Source of the DNA: Planctomycetota bacterium
GTDB taxonomy: Bacteria; Planctomycetota; Phycisphaerae; Phycisphaerales; SM1A02
Direction of reading: 5' to 3'
Assembly: GCA_027618565.1 (NCBI GenBank)
Contig: JAQCEQ010000008.1
Span: 688 to 64,687, forward strand
Length of the DNA: 64,000 nt
How positions within the stretch are numbered: the stretch's first letter is position 1; every line of letters begins with the position of its first letter. The translations under genes were made by a program, and so were the position numbers. Shown one piece after another: positions 15,005 to 23,842 of the stretch. The notes beneath the pieces were generated by a model. The model was given only the letters and a program-made list of their open reading frames with translations, was not told where the DNA came from and searched no databases.

Positions 15005-15850
15005 ATGCGATGCTGCGCGCTGCGATTGGGAGTTCTCGCCACGGTGCTGGGGAGTGCGGCGGCGTGCGAAAGCCAGTCGCAAGAGGTCTCCACCCCCACC
15101 GCTGCGGCCAGCCAGGCTGCGGCAGGGGAAGCGGACCGGCCATCGGCGAACGGCGCCTGCTCAGGCGAGGGCGACCCTCTGGTGATCGCCATCGCCGGCA
15201 CGCCGCACTCCATGACCTTCGTCCCGGTCGAGGTCAACGGCACGACGCTCTGGGTGGCCACGCATGAGACGGTGTGGGAGCTCTACGACACGCTGGTCTT
15301 CAAGTTTGACCAGAAGGCAGGTCACAGTGGAACCGCCGCCGCTGATGCCATCACGCGGCCGACCAAGCCGTATGTGGCCGCGGATCGCGGATTTGGGCAC
15401 AACGGGTATCCCGCCGTCAGCATCAGCTTCAACGGTGCCAAGAGTTTCTGCGAGTGGCTCAGCGCCAAGACGGGCCGGATGGTGCGCCTCCCCACCCAGT
15501 CGGAGCGCGAGGCGATGGCGACTGCCGTGGATGTCCCCGATGACCAACTGACCCAGATCGCGTGGTTCTCCGCAAACGCGGGAACCGCCACGCGAAGGGT
15601 GGGCCAGCTCAAGGCCGACCAGCTGGGGCTCTTTGACTTCCTAGGCAATGTCGGGGAGTGGGCCGTAGCCGCCGACGGTTCCGGCCTGATCATGGGCGGA
15701 TCCTTCGAGGAGCCCGCCTCGGACCTTGAACCCGCCGATGCCCGCAGCGCCACCGACGACTGGAACGCCAGCGACCCGCAGTTTCCCAAGAGCATCTGGT
15801 GGCTGACGGACGCGCCTTTTGCCGGCTTTCGCGTGGTGATCGAGCCTTGA
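15005..15850 (+). CDS. FGE/SUMF1-family (formylglycine-generating-enzyme fold) lipoprotein
   Basis: ATG at 15005 gives MRCCALRLGVLATVLGSAAAC (lipobox). ...VSISFNGAKSFCEWLSAKTGRMVRLPTQSEREAM...GNVGEWA...GGSF...FAGFRVV is FGE-sulfatase-like. Confidence 0.8.
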   Translation: MRCCALRLGVLATVLGSAAACESQSQEVSTPTAAASQAAAGEADRPSANGACSGEGDPLVIAIAGTPHSMTFVPVEVNGTTLWVATHETVWELYDTLVFKFDQKAGHSGTAAADAITRPTKPYVAADRGFGHNGYPAVSISFNGAKSFCEWLSAKTGRMVRLPTQSEREAMATAVDVPDDQLTQIAWFSANAGTATRRVGQLKADQLGLFDFLGNVGEWAVAADGSGLIMGGSFEEPASDLEPADARSATDDWNASDPQFPKSIWWLTDAPFAGFRVVIEP

Positions 15851-15887
15851 CCAACTACGCTCCAGCACGAATCCCACAGGAAAAACT

Positions 15888-17159
15888 ATGACGACTCCGA
15901 TGACGACTGATAGCAAGCGACGCACCCTCCTGGCTGCTGCGGGAGCGGCGGCACTAGTGCCAACCGTCCTCCCCGCGTTTGGCCGGCAAGACACCGGCGA
16001 GCAGCGGTGGCTCAAGGTCGGGGTCGTGGGTTGCGGTGGCCGTGGCACGGGCGCGGCGATGAACGCCCTTGAGGCCTCGGAGTCCGTCAGCATCGTGGCG
16101 CTGGGCGACGTCTTTGCGGATCGAGCCAAGGCTGCGCAAGAGGGGCTGGCGCAGCGCGGGGATCGTGGAAAGGTCGCCGATGATCGGATCTTTGTCGGAT
16201 TCGACGCCATCGCCGGCGTCCTGGCAACCGATTGCGACATTGTCATTCTGGCGACGCCGCCTGGATTCCGCCCCGGGCACTTCGAAGCGGCAATCGCCGC
16301 GGGCAAGAACGTTTTCATGGAGAAGCCGGTTGCGGTCGACCCGGTCGGCATCCGAAAGGTCATTGCTGCCGCGCATGCCGCGGACGAGAAGAAGCTCTGC
16401 GTGGTGTCGGGGACACAGCGCCGCCACGAGCAGTGCTACCTGGAGTCGATGAAGCGGATTCATGATGGCGCCCTGGGCAAGCTCTCAGCCGCACGCGCCT
16501 ACTGGAACATGGGTGGCCTGTGGGTGGTGGAGGCACAGTCGGACCGTTCGGACATGGAAAACCAGGTCCGGAACTGGCTCTACTACACCTGGCTCTCGGG
16601 CGACCACATCGTGGAGCAGCATGTCCACAACTTGGATGTCGTCAACTGGGCGTTCCAAGCGGTGCCGGAGCGGTGTGTCGCACTGGGTGGGCGGCAGGCG
16701 CGGACGGACCCGAAGTATGGGCAGATCTTCGACCACTTTGCGGTCGATTACGAATATCCGGACCAACGATTCGCGCTGAGCATGTGCCGTCAGCAGGACG
16801 GGACAGACGGTCGCGTGCAGGAACAGATCTTTGGCTCCGAGGGAGTGGCGGTCATGAGTTCCGGATCCGCCACCATCGAGGGGGCCAACGCCTGGAAGTT
16901 CAAGGGTCCGCAGCGAAACCCCTACGTGCAGGAGCACATCGACTTGCAAGAGGCCATTCGCACCGGCAAGTTGATCAACGAAGGCGTACGGGTGGCGGAG
17001 AGCACGCTCACCGCGATCATGGGCCGCATGTCGGCGTACACAGGCAAGGTCGTGACCTGGGACGAGGCCATGAACAGCGACCTGGACTTGATGCCGGCGG
17101 TCATGGAGTTCACCAGCCTCCCGACCGCGCCCGTGGCGATCCCGGGCAAGTCGACCTGA
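15888..17159 (+). CDS. Gfo/Idh/MocA family oxidoreductase with twin-arginine signal
   Basis: SKRRTLLAAAGAAAL TAT motif, Rossmann segment VGVVGCGGRG, EKPVA motif, and a typical C-terminal alpha/beta domain. Confidence 0.9.
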   Translation: MTTPMTTDSKRRTLLAAAGAAALVPTVLPAFGRQDTGEQRWLKVGVVGCGGRGTGAAMNALEASESVSIVALGDVFADRAKAAQEGLAQRGDRGKVADDRIFVGFDAIAGVLATDCDIVILATPPGFRPGHFEAAIAAGKNVFMEKPVAVDPVGIRKVIAAAHAADEKKLCVVSGTQRRHEQCYLESMKRIHDGALGKLSAARAYWNMGGLWVVEAQSDRSDMENQVRNWLYYTWLSGDHIVEQHVHNLDVVNWAFQAVPERCVALGGRQARTDPKYGQIFDHFAVDYEYPDQRFALSMCRQQDGTDGRVQEQIFGSEGVAVMSSGSATIEGANAWKFKGPQRNPYVQEHIDLQEAIRTGKLINEGVRVAESTLTAIMGRMSAYTGKVVTWDEAMNSDLDLMPAVMEFTSLPTAPVAIPGKST

Positions 17160-17163
17160 GCCA

Positions 17164-17850
17164 TCACTCGCCCCGGCCGCCCGCACCCGCCAGAAGCGTT
17201 GTCCGCACTTCGGCGAGGTCGGCGAAGCGCGCTGAGCCAGGCGGGAGCGGCTCTCCCGGCCCAGGAGCCCCGTAGCCGCCCGCGACCACCCAGATCGGCC
17301 AGCCCGCCGCGGCAGCCGTCTCAACATCAATGCGTGAGTCACCGACGAGCAGTCCCCTCGCCGGGTCAGCGCCGCAGCGCCGTGCGGCTTCCTGCAGCAT
17401 CCACGGCGATGGCTTGCGTTCCCCCGTGTCGCCCCCGATGATGCACCGAAGGAAGGGAGAGAATCCCAGTCGGTCGGCGATCCGCCAGGAGAATCGCTCC
17501 AGCTTGTTGGTCGTGATGGCACACGGCATGCCGGAGGACGAGAGGCTGGAGAGCAGTTCCATCGCGCCCGCCCTTGGCGTTGAGCCCGTCTCGCTGTGCG
17601 TGGTGTACGCCTCGACGAAGCGATCGTGCGCGGCGTCCACCTCCTCCGCACTGGGGTGCCGGCGAACGGCGTCTTGGACCGCGGAGGCGACCAGGTGGCG
17701 CGTGCCTCGCCCGATCCAGCCCTCGACGCTCGTCGATCGCGCGGGGGCATGGCCAAGTGAGGCGCGCATCTCGTTCACGGCCGCCGTCAGTCCAGGGAGT
17801 GAGTCGATGAGCGTGCCGTCCAAGTCAAACGCGACCAACTCAATCGGCAT
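17164..17850 (-). CDS. HAD-IA hydrolase, phosphoglycolate-phosphatase-like
   Basis: ATG at 17850 gives MPIELVAFDLDGTLIDS (DxDxT), ...TTNK..., ...VGDSRIDVETA.... The longer track ORF start is unsupported. Confidence 0.8.
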   Translation of the reverse strand: MPIELVAFDLDGTLIDSLPGLTAAVNEMRASLGHAPARSTSVEGWIGRGTRHLVASAVQDAVRRHPSAEEVDAAHDRFVEAYTTHSETGSTPRAGAMELLSSLSSSGMPCAITTNKLERFSWRIADRLGFSPFLRCIIGGDTGERKPSPWMLQEAARRCGADPARGLLVGDSRIDVETAAAAGWPIWVVAGGYGAPGPGEPLPPGSARFADLAEVRTTLLAGAGGRGE

Positions 17851-18889
17851 GGGGGGGCTCCGTGAGGTCCCTCGGGACCGTCGTTCCCGCCTGGGAAGGT
17901 GCCGCACGCAGGTCGGGCCAGGTACCGAAGACTTCGGCGGCGGCCGTGGCTGACCCATCCGGGGTGGCAACCACTCGCCGCGCTGCTTGCAATGGCAGCC
18001 GGGTCATCAGCAATCGCGACTCCGCCGCCGAGCACACGCACAGCGCGGTCGCCGCCGCATCCACGATGGCACCGCAGGCCCCGACCGCCGTTGCGGCGCG
18101 GCGCTCAGCGAGCGGCTGTCCATCGCGAGCGTCGATGAGATGCCCCACGCGCCGCCCATCGACGATGGCCCCTTGTTCTGAATCGCCGCTCGTCGAGACG
18201 CTCTGGTCGCGCAGGCAGAGCACGATCGACGCCTCCGTGAGCCCATCGGCCACCGCGACTCGCCAGCCGTCCGCGCCTGGAGGACATCCCTCCGCACGGA
18301 CATCTCCCGAGACGGCCACCAAGGCAGCCGTGGCGCCTGACTGGCAGGCGGCCGAGGCTGCGCGGTGAGCTCCCAAACCCTTCCCCACACCTCCAAGGTC
18401 CAGCGTGAGCGCCCCCGATGTGCATCGCAGTCGCCGATCCCCACAGAGCTGGAACTGGTCCCATCCGACGCTCGCCAGTGCCCGGCCCAGAGTCGCCGGG
18501 TCCGGGGGTCGTTCCTCGGCTCGCGCGTCGCGCCACAGGGCCACGACCTGGCCGATCGTGGGGTCAAAGGCACCCCCAGAAGCCTCGGCCACGGCCAGCG
18601 CCCCTCGCAAGCCTTCCTCGAGCATGGGGCTCATTGTGGTCCACGAGGACCACTGCCGACGGACTTGGTTGAGCTCGCTGTCGGGTCGATAGTCGGAGAG
18701 CGCGGCATCGCACGCATCCAGCGCGGCCATCGCCGCGCGTGCGGCGGTTCCCGCTGCGTCCTGGGAGTTCGCGTAGAGCACGATCGTGGCGTGCGTCCCC
18801 ATGACGGCGGTGGCGTATTCGAACCGCTCTGCGTGAGGCGGGGACGCCTGCGCGGACAGGAGCGCGATAAAGGCAGTCACGGACAGCAC
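17840..18889 (-). CDS. apbE: FAD:protein FMN transferase ApbE
   Basis: 349 aa with AMGTHATIVLY, DYRPDSELNQV, FDPTIGQVVALW, LDLGGVGKG and STSGDSEQ, all characteristic of ApbE. GTG start. Confidence 0.88.
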   Translation of the reverse strand: MLSVTAFIALLSAQASPPHAERFEYATAVMGTHATIVLYANSQDAAGTAARAAMAALDACDAALSDYRPDSELNQVRRQWSSWTTMSPMLEEGLRGALAVAEASGGAFDPTIGQVVALWRDARAEERPPDPATLGRALASVGWDQFQLCGDRRLRCTSGALTLDLGGVGKGLGAHRAASAACQSGATAALVAVSGDVRAEGCPPGADGWRVAVADGLTEASIVLCLRDQSVSTSGDSEQGAIVDGRRVGHLIDARDGQPLAERRAATAVGACGAIVDAAATALCVCSAAESRLLMTRLPLQAARRVVATPDGSATAAAEVFGTWPDLRAAPSQAGTTVPRDLTEPPHAD

Positions 18890-18898
18890 GGTCGATGC

Positions 18899-20080
18899 CT
18901 ACTCGTCGTCCGAGGTTGCGCGTGGCCCCAGGCCCGCATGCTTGACTTGCGACTGGACGCCGTGCGCCAATCCGGTCGGGAGTGGCTTGATCCGAGCGAA
19001 GTGCATCGTTCCCGCGGCCGTCTTCACGGTGTTGGTGATTTCCACCTCGACCGTCTCGCCGACGCGCGTCGCTCCGTCCTCGATCACCACCATCATCCCG
19101 TCGGGTGTGAAGGCGACGCCCTGCAGGCGCTGGTCGCCGCGCCGGACGATCTCGACCTGGAGGCCCTCGCCGATGCCAGCGCCGAGTTGAAGCGCACTCG
19201 AAAGTTCGTGCAGACTCAGGATCTGGATGCCGCGAATCGTCCCGACCTTCGCCAGCCCGGCGTCCAGCGTGAGGATCCTGTGTCCCTCGCGCTGCGCAAG
19301 GTCGATCAGTTGGCTGTCCACGCCTCGACCATCGCTGGGGGAGGGGTCCACCTCCACATCGACAAGAGGGGCCGCCTGCAGCCTGGACACCGTCTCCAGC
19401 CCACGCCGCCCCTTGGCGCGCTTGAGTCGGTCGGCACTGTCGCCCAGGGCCTGCAGTTCCGCCAGGACGAACTCCGGGACGATCAGCGGCGCATCCAAGA
19501 AGTGGCTGCTGGCCAGCAACTCCACGCGACCATCCACCAAGACCGAGGTGTCAAGCACGATGGGTCGAACGCCGCGGACCTGCTTGGAGAACTCCACGTA
19601 CGGGATGACCAGGCGAAAGTCGTCCTTGGTCGTGAGGACGATGCTCACCGAGAGGTAGCAGAGGATGATGCCGATGATCACCTTGGAGAGCGGGAGGTAG
19701 ACGCTGTAGCCACCATCGGTCAGCTCCCAGGAATTGCTGATGGTGTCGATCAGCGTTCCGATCGCGATCGCCGCTACCAGCCCCAGGCAGAGCCCCAGGT
19801 AGGCGCCCACCAGGCTGGTGAGGCGCTTTCGCGGCGTGAGCGCGTCCAGCATGACCACGGCCAGGCCCAAGCCCATGGCCGCGATGATGATGCCGGCAAC
19901 GGTCGTGAATCCAAATTCGTTGACGGTCCTTGTGCTGGACACGACCAGCATCGAGACCACCACCAGCAGCACGATGAAGACGAGCCGGATCGCGAAGAGC
20001 AGGAAGTTCCGGTTCTCTCCCGAGGACTTGCCTTTGGGTTGCGTTCGCGGAGGCAGGGGTGTGCCGTGCGGCGTGTCCAC
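18899..20080 (-). CDS. Membrane-anchored PIN + TRAM domain protein (YacL-like)
   Basis: N-terminal TM helices, a PIN core (IVLDTSVLVDGR...LIVPEFVLAELQ...ILTLDAGLAKV) and a C-terminal TRAM-like beta domain (VEIVRRGDQRLQGVAFTPDGMMVVIEDG...VEVEITNTVKT). Confidence 0.8.
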   Translation of the reverse strand: MDTPHGTPLPPRTQPKGKSSGENRNFLLFAIRLVFIVLLVVVSMLVVSSTRTVNEFGFTTVAGIIIAAMGLGLAVVMLDALTPRKRLTSLVGAYLGLCLGLVAAIAIGTLIDTISNSWELTDGGYSVYLPLSKVIIGIILCYLSVSIVLTTKDDFRLVIPYVEFSKQVRGVRPIVLDTSVLVDGRVELLASSHFLDAPLIVPEFVLAELQALGDSADRLKRAKGRRGLETVSRLQAAPLVDVEVDPSPSDGRGVDSQLIDLAQREGHRILTLDAGLAKVGTIRGIQILSLHELSSALQLGAGIGEGLQVEIVRRGDQRLQGVAFTPDGMMVVIEDGATRVGETVEVEITNTVKTAAGTMHFARIKPLPTGLAHGVQSQVKHAGLGPRATSDDE

Positions 20081-20120
20081 GCGAGGACTCTACTCAGGCG
20101 CGGGTGCTACCATCCTGCAC

Positions 20121-20242
20121 GCGATCCAGAGGACGGCCGGGCCCGTAGGTCGGGCTTCGCGTGAACCTGGTCAGGGCCTGACGGCAGCAGCCATAAGCGT
20201 TGTTGTCCGAGCCTGCGGTCACCTGGCCGTCCTCAGGGTCGC
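20121..20242 (+). ncRNA. ffs: Signal recognition particle RNA (small bacterial 4.5S type)
   Basis: A ~122-nt near-continuous hairpin (g20121-c20242 ... g20176-c20185 pairing traced by hand). The apex CCUGGUCAGGGCC-UGAC-GGCAGCAGCCAUAAG matches the conserved SRP domain IV pattern (GUCAGG...helix...AGCAGC). It sits directly upstream of dnaX, a common synteny. Confidence 0.75.
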
Positions 20243-20277
20243 GTCCTGCCGACGGCAGGGGAACCGCGCCTGCCATC

Positions 20278-21777
20278 ATGCCCCCGCGCACCGCCCAGCC
20301 CAGTTCAAATCCCAGTGCGGGCACAAGCCCCGCCCCAGGTCGTCGGGGGCAGGGTGACGGCACCTACCAGGTGCTGGCACGCCGCTACCGGTCGCGGGAA
20401 TTTGGAGAGGTGGTCGGGCAGGAGATCATCGCCAAGACCCTCCAGAACGCCATCATCCTTGGTCGGACGGCGCATGCGTACCTGTTCACCGGCACGCGCG
20501 GGGTGGGAAAGACCAGCATGGCGCGCATCTTTGCGCGTGCCCTCAATGCCCCTGTCGCCGCGGGCGATGGCGCGGAGGCCCTCCTCCCCCGGGCCGCATC
20601 CGTCGATGCGATCCTCGTCGGCCAGGACATCGACGTCATCGAGATCGATGGCGCCAGCAATCGAGGCGTGGACGACGCCAGGAGCCTGATCTCCGGGGCC
20701 GGCATCACACCCACGCGGTCGCCCTACAAGATCTACATCATCGACGAGGTCCACATGCTGACCACGCCGGCCTTCAACGCGCTCCTCAAGACGATGGAGG
20801 AACCGCCGGAGCACGTGAAGTTCATCCTGTGCACCACCGAGGCGCACAAGGTCCCCGCAACGATCCAGTCGCGCTGCCAGCGGTTTGACTTCAAGTCGAT
20901 TCCCATGGCGCGAATCCAGGCGCACCTGTCGAGCGTGCTGGAGTCCGAGGGCATCTCGTGGGAGCCGGAGGCGCTCTCCGAGGTCTCGCGCCTGGCCAAC
21001 GGGTCGATGCGCGATGGGCTGAGCCTGCTGGAGCGACTCATTGCGGCTGCCCGGGGCACGATCACGACGGGCATCGCGCGGGAAGTCCTCGGCTTGCCCG
21101 ACGCCCACCGGCTCGACGACATGCTGCGCGCGGTCGCCACGGCCGACTCATCAGGTGCCCTCCGCGCCGCGAGCGCGATGCTGGACACCGGCGTATCGGT
21201 TGAGCACCTGCTGGAACTGCTCGCGGATCGATTTCGTCTGGCGATGGTGGCGGCGACCTGCGGGCTGGATGGGCTTCCGGAGGATCTCTCGAGGGAACAC
21301 TGCCTTGGCGCCTTCGAGGCGGCATCGGGCATGGCTGTCGAAGACCTGGTCCACGCCGTTGCCCTCTGCGACTCGACCAGCCGGACGACTCGGTCGAGCT
21401 CCATCCCTCGTGCGGTCCTGGACGCGCTCTTGGTGCGGCTGGCGCTTTCGGAGCGATTTGCGAGCTCGTCGGGAGAACCTGCTTCAGCGACCACCGTCGC
21501 CCAAAAAAAAAAGGTTGAGCCAACCACTGCACCAGCCACTGCCCTCGCCGCAGTGACGGCGACGGTGACCCTCCCGCGAGCCCCCGTCTCCGGGGCCGTG
21601 CTACCTCCACCACCCCCGGCGATCAACCAGCAGGAGGCTGTCGCCGAGGCCGCACGAGATCCGGTGATCCAGGACCTTATGAGCGTGCTCGATGCGACCG
21701 TCCTGCGGGTGGAGCCGCTGGAGGGTGTCGTCCATGCATCCGTCGACACGGATGCCTCCGATGAGGGCGAGGAGTGA
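20278..21777 (+). CDS. dnaX: DNA polymerase III subunit tau/gamma DnaX
   Basis: YQVLARRYRSREFGEVVGQEIIAKTLQNAIILGRTAHAYLFTGTRGVGKTSMARIFA (AAA+ clamp-loader N-terminus). ATG at 20278 was chosen because the track start at 20200 would overlap the SRP RNA. Confidence 0.92.
   Translation: MPPRTAQPSSNPSAGTSPAPGRRGQGDGTYQVLARRYRSREFGEVVGQEIIAKTLQNAIILGRTAHAYLFTGTRGVGKTSMARIFARALNAPVAAGDGAEALLPRAASVDAILVGQDIDVIEIDGASNRGVDDARSLISGAGITPTRSPYKIYIIDEVHMLTTPAFNALLKTMEEPPEHVKFILCTTEAHKVPATIQSRCQRFDFKSIPMARIQAHLSSVLESEGISWEPEALSEVSRLANGSMRDGLSLLERLIAAARGTITTGIAREVLGLPDAHRLDDMLRAVATADSSGALRAASAMLDTGVSVEHLLELLADRFRLAMVAATCGLDGLPEDLSREHCLGAFEAASGMAVEDLVHAVALCDSTSRTTRSSSIPRAVLDALLVRLALSERFASSSGEPASATTVAQKKKVEPTTAPATALAAVTATVTLPRAPVSGAVLPPPPPAINQQEAVAEAARDPVIQDLMSVLDATVLRVEPLEGVVHASVDTDASDEGEE
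21503..21518 (+). other. A10 homopolymer / A-AAA-AAG slippery site with immediate -1 frame stop inside dnaX
   Basis: Zero-frame codons are CAA AAA AAA AAG GTT GAG. The -1 frame reads AAA AAA GGT TGA (stop 21516-21518). Confidence 0.6.
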
Positions 21778-22439
21778 ACGACCGGAGGGACTCTGCCGCA
21801 CCGGAGAGCGTGGCGAGGCTCGTCGCCAAGCTGCAGGGCCTCCCAGGCATCGGTCGGCGAAGTGCCGAGCGGATCGCCTTTTGGGTCCTCAAGGCCAGCG
21901 AGGATGAGTGCGCGGCACTGGCGGCTTCGATCAACGAGGTCAAGCGTTCCGTCCGCCACTGTGCCACGTGCTGGAACCTGGCGGACCACGATCCCTGCGC
22001 GATCTGTGCCGACAGGACTCGCGACGCATCGACCATCCTGGTGGTGGAGCAGCCGCGCGACTTGCTCAGCTTGGAGAACGCTGGGATGTACCGCGGCGTC
22101 TACCACGTGCTGATGGGACGGCTCGATCCACTGGATGGCGTCGGTCCCGACAGCCTCACCCTCCGGGACCTGGAGCGGCGCGTGCGTGAGCCGGCCACAC
22201 ATCCCTCCAGGACGGCGGTGCGCGAGGTCATCCTCGGCCTGAATCCTGACATGGAGGGAGACACCACCGCGCTCTGGATCGAGCGACAGTTGGCGGCGAC
22301 GGGCGTCCGAGTGACTCGCCTGGCACGGGGCCTCCCATCCGGCTCCCAGATCGAGTTCGCCAACGCAGCCGTGCTCGCCGACGCGCTGGCCGGCCGGAGG
22401 GCCTCGGCAGAACCAGCCTCAGGGAGCGCGCGCCCGTGA
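21774..22439 (+). CDS. recR: Recombination protein RecR
   Basis: LVAKLQGLPGIGRRSAERIAFWVL (HhH), the CATCWNLADHDPCAICAD zinc finger and a Toprim region. GTGA overlap with dnaX. Confidence 0.92.
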   Translation: MNDRRDSAAPESVARLVAKLQGLPGIGRRSAERIAFWVLKASEDECAALAASINEVKRSVRHCATCWNLADHDPCAICADRTRDASTILVVEQPRDLLSLENAGMYRGVYHVLMGRLDPLDGVGPDSLTLRDLERRVREPATHPSRTAVREVILGLNPDMEGDTTALWIERQLAATGVRVTRLARGLPSGSQIEFANAAVLADALAGRRASAEPASGSARP

Positions 22440-23842
22440 AGCACAGGCTGGAGCAGCGGCCGCTCCTGGGGCAGCGGCTGCAACAGAAGCTGGCGCCACG
22501 CATGATCCAGGCGATGGAGATCCTCCATCTTGGGCTGGACGACCTGGAGGAGCGCGTCCAGCAAGAGCTGGAGAAGAATGTCGTCCTGGAGCGAGTCGAG
22601 TCGGCGGCGCCCGAACCCGGGTCATCCAGTCACTCGCGCGCGAACGAACGCCACCGGCTCTCCGATGACGCGATGGAAGCCCGCGCGGCGATGTTCGACC
22701 AGACTCCGTCGCGCGAGATGTCTCCCACCGACATCCTTCACGAGCAATGGCAATTGGTCGAATGCACCCCTGCGGAGGCGCGACTGGGCTCGTTCCTGAT
22801 CGAGAACCTGGACGGGAACGGGTTCCTTCCCGACGACGATGAGACCCTGGCGAAGTCGGCGTCGGACGCGCTGAAGGAACCGGTGGCCGCCGCGGGCATC
22901 GCGGCGTTGCGCGCGCTGCTCACGACGGAACTTGAACCGGTGGGAGTCGCGGCTCGCGACAGGAGTGAGTCACTCACCCTGCAGTTGCAACGGGTGTCAC
23001 GCCGGGGCGTTCCGGCTGACGTGCGCGCCGATGCCCTCCGCGTGCTCAAGGGATCGCTGGAGGACCTGGAGCGGAATCGGCTGCCAATGCTTGCCAAGCG
23101 CCACAAGCTGCCGCTGGCGCGGCTCCAGGCGATTCGTGACTTGGTCACGTCGCTGGACCCGGCGCCGCTGGCTCGCCTCAATCGGGTGTCGGCACAGGCC
23201 ATCCGGCCCGAGGCCTACATCGTCTACGACGCCGAACGCGACGTGTATGTGCTCGCGATGTCCCGTGGGGCCAAGCCCGCGCTCCGCATCGCACCCGCCT
23301 ACGAAAGGATGGCAGCGGCGCCTGAAACCTCGCCAGAAGCCAAGGCGATGCTCAAGGAGGGGATCAAGAAGGCCAACTGGATCATTGACGCGATCGAGCA
23401 GCGGGCCTCGACACTCAAGCGAGTGCTCGAGGAAGTCGTTTTGCTGCAGCGGGAGTGGCTGGACAAGGGAAGGGGATACCTCCGGCCGATGCCGATGACC
23501 GAGGTGGCGGGGAGGATCGGCGTGGCGATTTCCACCGTGTCGCGGGCGGTCGCGGGCAAGTGGGTGTCCACGCCGCACGGCATGATGGAGATCCGGCGCT
23601 TCTTTTCTGGCGGCACGGTTGGTCCCGAAGGACGCCCCGTGGCCTGGGACTCGGTGAAGCGGAAGATTGGCGACCTCGTGAGGGCGGAGGACTCGCGCCA
23701 TCCGTTGAGCGACCAGGCCATCGTGAGGCGGCTGGGCGAGGAGGGCATTCAACTGGCCAGGCGGACCATCGTGAAGTATCGCGAGTCACTGGGAATCCCC
23801 TCGTCGCGACTCCGTCGCCGACACTCGGGTGAGTCTCCGTGA
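22436..23842 (+). CDS. rpoN: RNA polymerase sigma-54 factor RpoN
   Basis: N-terminal LEQRPLLGQRLQQKLAPRMIQAMEILHL, an HTH (VAGRIGVAISTVSRAVAGKW) and the RpoN box ARRTIVKYRESLGIPSS. GTGA overlap with recR. Confidence 0.92.
   Translation: MKHRLEQRPLLGQRLQQKLAPRMIQAMEILHLGLDDLEERVQQELEKNVVLERVESAAPEPGSSSHSRANERHRLSDDAMEARAAMFDQTPSREMSPTDILHEQWQLVECTPAEARLGSFLIENLDGNGFLPDDDETLAKSASDALKEPVAAAGIAALRALLTTELEPVGVAARDRSESLTLQLQRVSRRGVPADVRADALRVLKGSLEDLERNRLPMLAKRHKLPLARLQAIRDLVTSLDPAPLARLNRVSAQAIRPEAYIVYDAERDVYVLAMSRGAKPALRIAPAYERMAAAPETSPEAKAMLKEGIKKANWIIDAIEQRASTLKRVLEEVVLLQREWLDKGRGYLRPMPMTEVAGRIGVAISTVSRAVAGKWVSTPHGMMEIRRFFSGGTVGPEGRPVAWDSVKRKIGDLVRAEDSRHPLSDQAIVRRLGEEGIQLARRTIVKYRESLGIPSSRLRRRHSGESP

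Noticed and set aside
14951-15850. FGE-family gene as the DGR target (VR)
   Set aside because: It has the same broad fold family as the TR-encoded scaffold. Its 3' region (GGSFEEPASD...FAGFRVV) does not align with the TR at non-adenine positions, so there is no TR/VR relationship.
20200-20277. Upstream extension of dnaX to the track start at 20200
   Set aside because: It would run through the 3' half of the SRP RNA hairpin. ATG 20278 leaves a normal N-terminus ahead of the conserved YQVLARRYR segment.
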